Shown here: positions 1-9,618 of the stretch, piece after piece | Numbering within the stretch: the stretch's first letter is position 1 | How the letters are laid out: each line of letters opens with the position of its first letter | Assembly (NCBI RefSeq): GCF_032444005.1 | Contig: NC_091291.1 | Location: forward strand, 131,254,001-131,318,000 | Origin: Ranitomeya imitator | Taxonomy: Eukaryota | Length of the DNA: 64,000 bases | Reading direction: 5' to 3' | The notes under the pieces: generated by a model | The model's input: the letters and a program-made list of their open reading frames with translations, nothing else | What the model was told of the DNA's origin: nothing | Databases searched by the model: none | Position numbers and translations under genes: made by a program

Positions 1-721
1 TCCGCAGGACTGGCGCATAGCAAATGTGGTGCCAATATTCAAAAAGGGCTCTAAAAGTGAACCTGGAAATTATAGGCCAGTAAGTCTAACCTCTATTGTT
101 GGTAAAATATTTGAAGGGTTTCTGAGGGATGTTATTCTGGATTATCTCAATGAGAATAACTGTTTAACTCCATATCAGCATGGGTTTATGAGAAATCGCT
201 CCTGTCAAACCAATCTAATCAGTTTTTATGAAGAGGTAAGCTATAGACTGGACCACGGTGAGTCATTGGACGTGGTATATCTCGATTTTTCCAAAGCGTT
301 TGATACCGTGCCGCACAAGAGGTTGGTACACAAAATGAGAATGCTTGGTCTGGGGGAAAATGTGTGTAAATGGGTTAGTAACTGGCTTAGTGATAGAAAG
401 CAGAGGGTGGTTATAAATGGTATAGTCTCTAACTGGGTCGCTGTGACCAGTGGGGTACCGCAGGGGTCAGTATTGGGACCTGTTCTCTTCAACATATTCA
501 TTAATGATCTGGTAGAAGATTTACACAGTAAAATATCGATATTTGCAGATGATACAAAACTATGTAAAGCAGTTAATACAAGAGAAGATAGTATTCTGCT
601 ACAGATGGATCTGGATAAGTTGGAAACTTGGGCTGAAAGGTGGCAGATGAGGTTTAACAATGATAAATGTAAGGTTATACACATGGGAAGAGGGAATCAA
701 TATCACCATTACACACTGAAC
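1..721 (+). mobile_element. CR1-type LINE, ORF2 reverse transcriptase (5' part, runs off the window), interrupted by an LTR retrotransposon
   Basis: Open frame from position 2: PQDWRIANVVPIFKKG...NYRPVSLTS...QHGF...YLDFSKAFDTV...GVPQGSVLGP...FADDTKL...WQMRFNNDKCKVIHMG, typical of CR1 RT. It breaks at 721 where an LTR begins. Confidence 0.95.
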
Positions 722-1453
722 TGTTGTGAATTCTGTGGTCACAAGTGGTATTGCAGTCTCTGGGCGTCCTCCCTCAGGTGTTTTGGTGAGCTCGTTGGCT
801 GCCTTGCTATTTAGCTCCACCTGAGTCTGTCTTCCTTGCTCCTTGTCAATGTTCCAGTGTTGGATCTGAGCTACTGCATCTTTCCTTGGGCCTGCTGCTC
901 TGCTAGATAAGTGCTTCTAGTTTGTTTTCTGTTTTTTCTGTCCAGCTTGTTATTATCTTTTGCTGGAAGCTCTGAGAAGCAAAGGGGTGCACCGCCGTGC
1001 TGTTAGTTCGGCACGGTGGGTCTTTTTTGCCCCTTTGCGTGGTTTTCGTTTTAGGGTTTTTTGTAGACTGCATAGTTCTCTTTGCTATCCTCGCTCTGTC
1101 TAGAATATCGGGCCTCACTTTGCTGAATCTATTTCATTCCTACGTTTGTCTTTTCATCTTGCTAACAGTCATTATATGTGGGGGCTGCCTATTCCTTTGG
1201 GGTATTTCTCTGAGGTAAGTCAGGCTTGTATTTCTATCTTCAGGCTAGTCAGCTCCTCAGGCAGTGCCGAGTTGCATAGGTAGTGATAGGCGCAATCCAC
1301 TGCTGCTTCCAGTTGTGTGAGGACAGTTCAGGTACTGCAGTCTACAGAGATTCCACGTCTCAGAGCTCGTCCTATTGTTTTGGGTTTTTGCCAGATCTCT
1401 GTATGTGCGCTGATTACTGCACGCTGTGTTGCCTGATTGCCAGCCATAACAGT

Positions 1454-1462
1454 ACAAGGAGC
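1454..1462 (+). promoter_or_regulatory. Candidate self-priming primer-binding site (Tf1/sushi type)
   Basis: ACAAGGAGC, 2 nt after the 5' LTR, is the exact reverse complement of GCTCCTTGT at 838-846, which starts 30 nt after TATTTA (808-813). No TGG-type tRNA PBS is present. Confidence 0.7.
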
Positions 1463-1583
1463 CTATTCAATGATTTCCAATAGAGGGAAAAAAGAAATCC
1501 TGACATCATTTTTTTTTCTTAGCTCTGTCTTCAGTCTTTTTTTTCCCCTAGACATTAGAGTGCTTCAGGACACAGCTGTGGAC

Positions 1584-4500
1584 ATGGATATTCAGGCTCT
1601 GTGCTCCTCAATGGATAATCTCGTTGTAAATGTACAAAAGATTCAAGATACTATTGATCAGAAATCGATGCTAGAACCAAGAATTCCGATTCCTGATTTG
1701 TTTTTTGGTGACAGAACTAAGTTCCTGAGCTTCAGAAATAATTGTAAGCTATTTTTGGCCTTGAAACCTCATTCTTCTGGTAATCCTATTCAACAGGTTT
1801 TGATTATTATTTCTTTTTTGCGCGGCGACCCACAGGACTGGGCGTTTTCTCTTGCACCAGGAGATTCTGCATTGAGTAATATTGATGCATTTTTCCAGGC
1901 GCTGGGATTGCTTTACGATGAGCCTAATTCAGTGGATCAAGCTGAGAAAAATCTGCTGGCTTTATGCCAGGGTCAGGATGATGTAGAACTATATTGTCAG
2001 AAATTTAGAAAATGGTCAGTACTCACTCTGTGGAATGAATCTGCACTAGCGGCTTTGTTCAGAAAGGGTCTCTCTGAAGCTCTTAAGGATGTAATGGTGG
2101 GATTTCCTATGCCTGCTGGTTTGAATGAGTCTATGTCCTTGGCCATTCAGATCGGTCGTCGCTTGCGCGAGCGTAAATCTGTGCACCATCTGGCGGTATT
2201 GTCTGAGAGTAAGCCTGAGCCTATGCAGTGCAACAGGACTATGACTAAAGTAGAACGGCAAGAACACAGACGTCTGAACAGACTGTGTTTCTATTGTGGT
2301 GATTCTACTCATGCTATTTCTAATTGTCCTAAACGCACTAGGCGGTTCGATAGCTCTGCCGTTATTGGTACTGTACAGTCCAAATTCCTTTTGTCCATTA
2401 CCTTAATGTGCTCTTTGTCATCATATTCTGTCATGGCGTTTGTGGATTCAGGCGCTGCCCTGAATCTGATGGATTTGGATTATGCTAAACGTTGTGGATT
2501 TTTCTTGGAGCCTTTGCGGTGTCCTATTCCGTTGAGAGGAATTGATGCTACACCTCTGGCCAAGAATAAGCCTCAGTACTGGGCCCAGCTGACCATGTGC
2601 ATGGCTCCTGCACATCAGGAAGTTATTCGCTTTTTGGTACTGCATAATTTGCATGATGTGGTCGTGTTGGGGTTGCCATGGCTACAAACCCATAATCCAG
2701 TATTGGATTGGAACTCTATGTCGGTAACCAGCTGGGGTTGTCAGGGAGTACATGGTGATGTTCCATTTTTGTCTATTTCGTCATCCATTCCTTCTGACAT
2801 CCCAGAGTTCTTGTCGGACTTTCAGGATGTATTTGAAGAGTCCAAGTCTGATGCCCTTCCTCCGCATAGGAATTGTGATTGTGCTATCGATTTGATTCCT
2901 GGTAGTAAATTCCCTAAGGGTCGTTTATTTAATTTGTCCGTACCTGAACACACCGCTATGCGCAGTTATGTGAAGGAGTCCCTGGAGAAGGGACATATTC
3001 GCCCATCGTCGTCACCATTGGGAGCAGGGTTCTTTTTTGTAGCCAAGAAGGATGGTTCGCTAAGACCGTGTATTGATTACCGCCTTCTTAATAAGATCAC
3101 TGTTAAGTTTCAGTATCCCTTGCCATTGATTTCTGACTTGTTTGCTCGGATTAAGGGGGCTAGTTGGTTTACTAAGATTGATCTTCGTGGTGCGTATAAT
3201 CTGGTGAGAATCAGGCAGGGAGATGAATGGAAAACGGCATTTAATACGCCCGAGGGTCATTTTGAGTATCTGGTGATGCCGTTCGGACTTGCCAATGCTC
3301 CATCTGTTTTTCAGTCTTTTATGCATGACATTTTCCGTGAGTATCTGGATAAATTCTTGATTGTTTACTTGGATGACATTTTGATCTTCTCAGATGATTG
3401 GGAGTCTCATGTAAAGCAAGTCAGAATGGTTTTCCAGGTACTGCGTGCTAATTCCTTGTTTGTGAAGGGATCAAAGTGTCTCTTCGGTGTGCAGAAAGTT
3501 TCATTTTTGGGGTTCATCTTTTCCCCTTCTACTATCGAGATGGATCCGGTTAAGGTTCAGGCCATCCAGGATTGGACTCAGCCGACATCTCTAAAAAGTT
3601 TGCAGAAATTCCTGGGCTTTGCTAATTTTTATCGTCGCTTCATCTGTAATTTTTCTAGCATTGCCAGACCATTGACCGATTTGACCAAGAAGGGTGCTGA
3701 TTTGGTTAATTGGTCTTCTGCTGCCGTGGAAGCTTTTCAGGAGTTGAAGCGTCGTTTTTGCTGTGCCCCTGTGTTGTGTCAACCTGATGTTTCTCTTCCG
3801 TTCCAGGTCGAGGTTGATGCTTCTGAGATTGGTGCAGGGGCGGTTTTGTCACAGAGAGGTTCTGGTTGCTCAGTGTTCAAACCATGTGCTTTCTTTTCCA
3901 GGAAATTTTCTGCTGCTGAGCGTAATTATGATGTGGGCAACCGAGAGTTGCTGGCCATGAAGTGGGCATTCGAGGAGTGGCGTCATTGGCTTGAGGGTGC
4001 TAAGCATCGCGTGGTGGTTTTGACTGATCATAAGAACCTTACTTATCTTGAGTCTGCCAAGCGCTTGAATCCTAGACAGGCCCGTTGGTCGTTATTTTTT
4101 GCTCGTTTTGATTTTGTGATTTCATACCTTCCGGGCTCTAAAAATGTGAAGGCGGATGCTCTGTCTAGGAGTTTTGTGCCCGACTCTCCGGGGTTATCTG
4201 AGCCGGCGAGTATCCTCAAGGAAGGAGTCATTGTGTCTGCCATCTCCCCTGATTTGCGGAGAGTGTTGCAGAAATTTCAGGCTAATAAACCTGATCGTTG
4301 TCCGGCCGAGAAACTGTTCGTCCCTGATAGGTGGACTAGTAAAGTTATCTCTGAACTTCATTGTTCGGTGCTGGCCGGTCATCCAGGAATCTTTGGTACC
4401 AGGGAGTTGGTTGCTAGATCCTTTTGGTGGCCGTCTCTGTCGCGGGATGTGCGTGCTTTTGTGCAGTCCTGTGGAATTTGTGCTAGGGCTAAGCCCTGCT

Positions 4501-5651
4501 GTTCACGTGCCAGTGGGTTGCTTTTGCCCTTGCCGGTCCCGAAGAGGCCTTGGACACATATTTCGATGGATTTCATTTCTGACCTTCCCGTTTCTCAAAA
4601 GATGTCTGTCATTTGGGTGGTCTGTGATCGCTTTTCTAAAATGGTCCATCTGGTGCCCTTGGTTAAATTGCCTTCCTCCTCTGATTTGGTGCCTTTGTTC
4701 TTCCAGCATGTGGTTCGTTTACATGGCATTCCTGAGAATATTGTTTCTGACAGAGGTTCCCAGTTTGTCTCAAGGTTCTGGCGAGCCTTTTGTGGTAGGA
4801 TGGGCATTGACCTATCTTTTTCCTCGGCCTTCCATCCTCAGACTAATGGCCAGACCGAACGAACCAATCAGACCTTGGAAACATATCTGAGATGTTTTGT
4901 TTCCGCTGACCAGGATGATTGGGTGTCATTTTTGCCGTTGGCTGAGTTCGCCCTTAATAATCGGGCCAGCTCGGCTACCTTGGTCTCTCCATTTTTCTGC
5001 AATTCTGGGTTCCATCCTCGTTTCTCTTCAGGACAGGTTGAGTCTTCGGACTGTCCTGGTGTGGATTATGTGGTGGACAGGTTGCAGCAGATCTGGACTC
5101 AGGTAGTGGACAATTTGACCTTGTCCCAGGAGAAGGCTCAGCTTTTCGCTAATCGCAGACGCCGTGTGGGACCCCGACTTCGTGTTGGGGATCTGGTTTG
5201 GTTATCTTCTCGTCATATACCTATGAAGGTTTCCTCTCCTAAATTTAAACCTCGTTTTATTGGTCCGTATAGGATTTCTGAGATTCTCAATCCGGTGTCT
5301 TTTCGTCTGACCCTCCCAGACTCCTTTTCCATACATAATGTATTCCATAGGTCGTTGTTGAGGAGATACGTGGCACCTATGGTTCCATCTGTGGAGCCTC
5401 CTGCCCCTTTTTTGGTGGAGGGGGAATTGGAGTATATTGTGGAGAAGATTTTGGATTCTCGTGTCTCTAGACGGAAACTCCAGTATCTGGTCAAATGGAA
5501 GGGTTATGCTCAGGAAGATAATTCCTGGGTTTTTGCCTCTGATGTCCATGCCCCAGATCTTGTTCGTGCCTTTCATGTGGCTCATCCTGGTCGGCCTGGG
5601 GGTTCTGGTGAGGGTTCGGTGACCCCTCCTCAAGGGGGGGTACTGTTGTGA
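1584..5651 (+). CDS. Gag-Pol polyprotein (capsid, CCHC knuckle, protease, RT, RNase H, integrase, chromodomain) in one uninterrupted ORF
   Basis: ORF track 1437..5651; first ATG downstream of the LTR is at 1584. Motifs: CFYCGDSTHAISNC, AFVDSGA, LRPCIDYR, YLDDILIF, DASEIGAGAVL, integrase ISMDF/IVSDRGSQF/NGQTER, and C-terminal YLVKWKGY chromodomain. Confidence 0.95.
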   Translation: MDIQALCSSMDNLVVNVQKIQDTIDQKSMLEPRIPIPDLFFGDRTKFLSFRNNCKLFLALKPHSSGNPIQQVLIIISFLRGDPQDWAFSLAPGDSALSNIDAFFQALGLLYDEPNSVDQAEKNLLALCQGQDDVELYCQKFRKWSVLTLWNESALAALFRKGLSEALKDVMVGFPMPAGLNESMSLAIQIGRRLRERKSVHHLAVLSESKPEPMQCNRTMTKVERQEHRRLNRLCFYCGDSTHAISNCPKRTRRFDSSAVIGTVQSKFLLSITLMCSLSSYSVMAFVDSGAALNLMDLDYAKRCGFFLEPLRCPIPLRGIDATPLAKNKPQYWAQLTMCMAPAHQEVIRFLVLHNLHDVVVLGLPWLQTHNPVLDWNSMSVTSWGCQGVHGDVPFLSISSSIPSDIPEFLSDFQDVFEESKSDALPPHRNCDCAIDLIPGSKFPKGRLFNLSVPEHTAMRSYVKESLEKGHIRPSSSPLGAGFFFVAKKDGSLRPCIDYRLLNKITVKFQYPLPLISDLFARIKGASWFTKIDLRGAYNLVRIRQGDEWKTAFNTPEGHFEYLVMPFGLANAPSVFQSFMHDIFREYLDKFLIVYLDDILIFSDDWESHVKQVRMVFQVLRANSLFVKGSKCLFGVQKVSFLGFIFSPSTIEMDPVKVQAIQDWTQPTSLKSLQKFLGFANFYRRFICNFSSIARPLTDLTKKGADLVNWSSAAVEAFQELKRRFCCAPVLCQPDVSLPFQVEVDASEIGAGAVLSQRGSGCSVFKPCAFFSRKFSAAERNYDVGNRELLAMKWAFEEWRHWLEGAKHRVVVLTDHKNLTYLESAKRLNPRQARWSLFFARFDFVISYLPGSKNVKADALSRSFVPDSPGLSEPASILKEGVIVSAISPDLRRVLQKFQANKPDRCPAEKLFVPDRWTSKVISELHCSVLAGHPGIFGTRELVARSFWWPSLSRDVRAFVQSCGICARAKPCCSRASGLLLPLPVPKRPWTHISMDFISDLPVSQKMSVIWVVCDRFSKMVHLVPLVKLPSSSDLVPLFFQHVVRLHGIPENIVSDRGSQFVSRFWRAFCGRMGIDLSFSSAFHPQTNGQTERTNQTLETYLRCFVSADQDDWVSFLPLAEFALNNRASSATLVSPFFCNSGFHPRFSSGQVESSDCPGVDYVVDRLQQIWTQVVDNLTLSQEKAQLFANRRRRVGPRLRVGDLVWLSSRHIPMKVSSPKFKPRFIGPYRISEILNPVSFRLTLPDSFSIHNVFHRSLLRRYVAPMVPSVEPPAPFLVEGELEYIVEKILDSRVSRRKLQYLVKWKGYAQEDNSWVFASDVHAPDLVRAFHVAHPGRPGGSGEGSVTPPQGGVLL

Positions 5652-6373
5652 ATTCTGTGGTCACAAGTGGTATTGCAGTCTCTGGGCGTCCTCCCTCAGG
5701 TGTTTTGGTGAGCTCGTTGGCTGCCTTGCTATTTAGCTCCACCTGAGTCTGTCTTCCTTGCTCCTTGTCAATGTTCCAGTGTTGGATCTGAGCTACTGCA
5801 TCTTTCCTTGGGCCTGCTGCTCTGCTAGATAAGTGCTTCTAGTTTGTTTTCTGTTTTTTCTGTCCAGCTTGTTATTATCTTTTGCTGGAAGCTCTGAGAA
5901 GCAAAGGGGTGCACCGCCGTGCTGTTAGTTCGGCACGGTGGGTCTTTTTTGCCCCTTTGCGTGGTTTTCGTTTTAGGGTTTTTTGTAGACTGCATAGTTC
6001 TCTTTGCTATCCTCGCTCTGTCTAGAATATCGGGCCTCACTTTGCTGAATCTATTTCATTCCTACGTTTGTCTTTTCATCTTGCTAACAGTCATTATATG
6101 TGGGGGCTGCCTATTCCTTTGGGGTATTTCTCTGAGGTAAGTCAGGCTTGTATTTCTATCTTCAGGCTAGTCAGCTCCTCAGGCAGTGCCGAGTTGCATA
6201 GGTAGTGATAGGCGCAATCCACTGCTGCTTCCAGTTGTGTGAGGACAGTTCAGGTACTGCAGTCTACAGAGATTCCACGTCTCAGAGCTCGTCCTATTGT
6301 TTTGGGTTTTTGCCAGATCTCTGTATGTGCGCTGATTACTGCACGCTGTGTTGCCTGATTGCCAGCCATAACA

Positions 6374-7132
6374 CTGAACGGGAAACCACTGGGTAAATCT
6401 GACAGGGAGAAGGACTTGGGGATCCTAGTTAATGATAAACTTACCTGGAGCAGCCAGTGCCAGGCAGCAGCTGCCAAGGCAAACAGGATCATGGGGTGCA
6501 TTAAAAGAGGTCTGGATACACATGATGAGAGCATTATACTGCCTCTGTACAAATCCCTAGTTAGACCGCACATGGAGTACTGTGTCCAGTTTTGGGCACC
6601 GGTGCTCAGGAAGGATATAATGGAACTAGAGAGAGTACAAAGGAGGGCAACAAAATTAATAAAGGGGATGGGAGAACTACAATACCCAGATAGATTAGCG
6701 AAATTAGGATTATTTAGTCTAGAAAAAAGACGACTGAGGGGCGATCTAATAACCATGTATAAGTATATAAGGGGACAATACAAATATCTCGCTGAGGATC
6801 TGTTTATACCAAGGAAGGTGACGGGCACAAGGGGGCATTCTTTGCGTCTGGAGGAGAGAAGGTTTTTCCACCAACATAGAAGAGGATTCTTTACTGTTAG
6901 GGCAGTGAGAATCTGGAATTGCTTGCCTGAGGAGGTGGTGATGGCGAACTCAGTCGAGGGGTTCAAGAGAGGCCTGGATGTCTTCCTGGAGCAGAACAAT
7001 ATTGTATCATACAATTATTAGGTTCTGTAGAAGGACATAGATCTGGGTATTTATTATGATGGAATATAGGCTGAACTGGATGGACAAATGTCTTTTTTCG
7101 GCCTTACTAACTATGTTACTATGTTACTATGT
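6374..7132 (+). mobile_element. CR1 LINE 3' part (end of ORF2, 3' UTR and 8-bp terminal repeat)
   Basis: LNGKPLGKSDREKDLGILV...YKSLVRPHMEYCVQFWAP...LERVQRRATKLI...LEKRRLRGDLI, stop at 7021; 3' end (CTATGTTA)n at about 7111-7132. Confidence 0.95.
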
Positions 7133-8145
7133 CTGATACATGCAGACGGACAGCCTGCTGTGTGTGCAGATAACTGTGTAACTCAGCAGGAAATATCTGC
7201 GTCGTAGCTAGCTAGAAGTTGGTCTGAGTAAAACTTGCTATTTATGGTGTGATACCCCAGTAATATGGTAAAGGCCACAGAGGAGCAAAGCAGGAAGCAT
7301 CTGCTTGTACTGCTGTCTTGTTGTCTGTCTCAGGTGAGGGAGACCGGCAAACCTTCAAGCGCAAGCACTTCTTGTCACAATTCCTCCTCTCAGTGCACTG
7401 GCTTTCCTACCAGTGTCTCCTGCTTGAAATGATTCCAAGGCTATTAAGCTGGCTTCCTGTCTTGTATCTTTGCCAGTTGTAGCTCTACTCAGTTTGAGGT
7501 GTGTTTGCTCTGTTGTTTTAGTACTAGCATTTTGATCTTTGTTGACTGACCTTGGATTTGCCTTTGACCATCCATTTGCCTAGCCTCTTTGTTTTGATCT
7601 GCTACCTTCTCGGAATGATGACCCCGGACTGTGACCTGACCGCGCCTTTGCCAAATCCCTCTGTTTATGTCGTACCCTCCTGGCTTTTGACCTCGGACTT
7701 CCTGATTTTCCCACCTCACAGTATGTCTGTAAGCTGTGGCTAGCATCACACTGCCGTTACTGAGAAAGGATGAGGATATCTAGTGTGGGTGGAGCTGAAA
7801 GACTAATTCCTGAAAGTGAAGAATACATGAGTGTGAGGGACTTATGTGTTGTATGAGTAGAAAACAGGAGAGCACAAGATTGCTATACACAATATTACAG
7901 AGCTTGGCTGTGAGATGAAGCACCCACAAAGAGAGACTGTAGTAAGGAATGGGACTAAAAGTGCTTGGCACCAGTGTGAGACTGAGAAACATTGGGCCCA
8001 TCAGAGGACTTGATTCTGAGGGTTCACCTTTCTTCCATACAAAACCAAATAATTTTCATTAAAGGGTTTTTAAGACCAGTGCTAATTTTTGTCAGTCACT
8101 GTATCTTACGGTATAACCATACGATACACAATGTTAGTATACATA

Positions 8146-8865
8146 CAGTCACATGAAAAAGTTTGGGCACCCCTATTAATCTTAAGCTTAATGGTCTATA
8201 AAAATTGGTTTTTGGCCAATGCCGGCACCGGGAATCTTGTTAAAGTTGAGGGACGCATGGATTCCTCTCAGTATCAGCAGATTCTTGACAATAATGTTCA
8301 TGAATCAGTGACAAAGTTGAAGTTACGCAGGGGATGGATCTTTCATCAAGACAATGATCCAAAACACCGCTCCAAATCTACTCAGGCATTCATGCAGAGG
8401 AACAATTACACTGTTCTGGAATGGCCATCCCAGTCCCCAGACCTGAATATCATTGAACATCTGTGGGATCATTTGAAGAGGGCTGTCCATGCTCGGCGAC
8501 CATCAAACTTCACTGAACTGGAATTGTTTTGTAAAGAGGAATGGTCAAAAATACCTTCATCCAAGAACTCATTAAAAGCTACAGGAAGCGACTAGAGGCT
8601 GATATTTTTGCAAAAGGAGGATCTACTAAATATTAATGTCACTTTTCTGGTGGGGTGCCCATACTTATGCACCTGTCAAATTTTGTTTGAATGCAGGTTG
8701 CACATTTTCTGTTAGTACAATAAACCTCATTTCAAGGCAGAAACATTACTGTGTCCAACAGTTATTAGATATATGAAACCGAAATACCTGTTGCAAAAAA
8801 AAACAATTTTTATAAAACATTAAGCTTAAGATTAATAGGGGTGCCCAAACTTTTACATATAACTG
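8146..8865 (+). mobile_element. Internally deleted Tc1/mariner DNA transposon
   Basis: About 65-bp TIRs (CAGTCACATGAAAAAGTTTGGGCACCCC...) flanked by TA. Internal catalytic fragment HQDNDPKH...WPSQSPDLNIIEHLW; N-terminal part missing. Confidence 0.9.
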
Positions 8866-9223
8866 TACTTCTTATTTATTATATTCTAAATAAAATTTGT
8901 TATTTTTTCAACACTCTTTTCGTTAGTGGTGTGTTTGGACACTTTGTATCCGTGTATGTGGTTATTTATAATTCTAGCCAGTGCTCAGAAAGTTTGAGCA
9001 ACAATAGATTGTCCCCGAATGTTGAAGAAGAGATGGAAACATGAATTGCAGACCCTACGAATTGCATATGGCAGAAGTGTAAAGATGTGGCGTCTTAAGA
9101 ACACCTGAGATGAAACTCTCCGCATTCCCCACGTGTCGTACTCTTGGCCCCCTCCTCTTGGCGTCCCCTCCTGCTTTAATCTTCGGTCCGAGTTTGTGTC
9201 CTGTGTTTTTTTTTTTTAATTTT

Positions 9224-9349
9224 TGAACTTTGTATTAAACGTGTCTTTATAATCTGATTGGGTGGGTGCCCATCAGTGGCGGAATCACTATATATATGCC
9301 AGGCGATGAGAAACTGCAGCTCACACAACATCCTGACCCTGGCAAACCT
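9224..9349 (+). promoter_or_regulatory. Putative promoter and non-coding exon 1 of the ApoA-I-type gene
   Basis: HNF4-like TGAACTTTG at 9224-9232, inverted CCAAT (ATTGG) near 9257, TATATATA at 9289-9296, donor GTAAGT at 9350, next acceptor TTGCAG ending at 9590. Confidence 0.6.
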
Positions 9350-9618
9350 GTAAGTTACCCGTTTATGTTATTCTCCTTTACTGGAATTGATATTTTTATT
9401 TTAATATATTGGTGGAAAGATTTTGGAAAAAAAAATCTGCAATTGGTCAGAGACAACTTTATTAATGTATTAATAAACCTGGGGTTCGTCTGACAGCAAA
9501 TCTTTTGGCCAAATTGCACTTGTGTGTTGGGGTTAGACGAGAGGATACACGTTACGGATAATATTTCACTTCTGAACATGTCGATTGCAGGTTGGCGTGT
9601 TGAAGACTCTGCCCAATC

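Larger units (their letters stand above)
722..6373 (+). mobile_element. Full-length Ty3/Gypsy chromovirus (sushi-like) LTR retrotransposon
   Basis: 730-bp LTRs at 722-1451 and 5644-6373 (TGTT...AACA), no differences seen by eye. Polypurine tract AAGGGGGGG just before 5644. CTGAAC duplicated at 716-721 and 6374-6379. Confidence 0.97.

Noticed and set aside
599-1483. Short ORFs duplicated at 5491-6396
   Set aside because: They are simply the two LTR copies; the antisense ORFs over pol and the apolipoprotein exons are likewise shadows.
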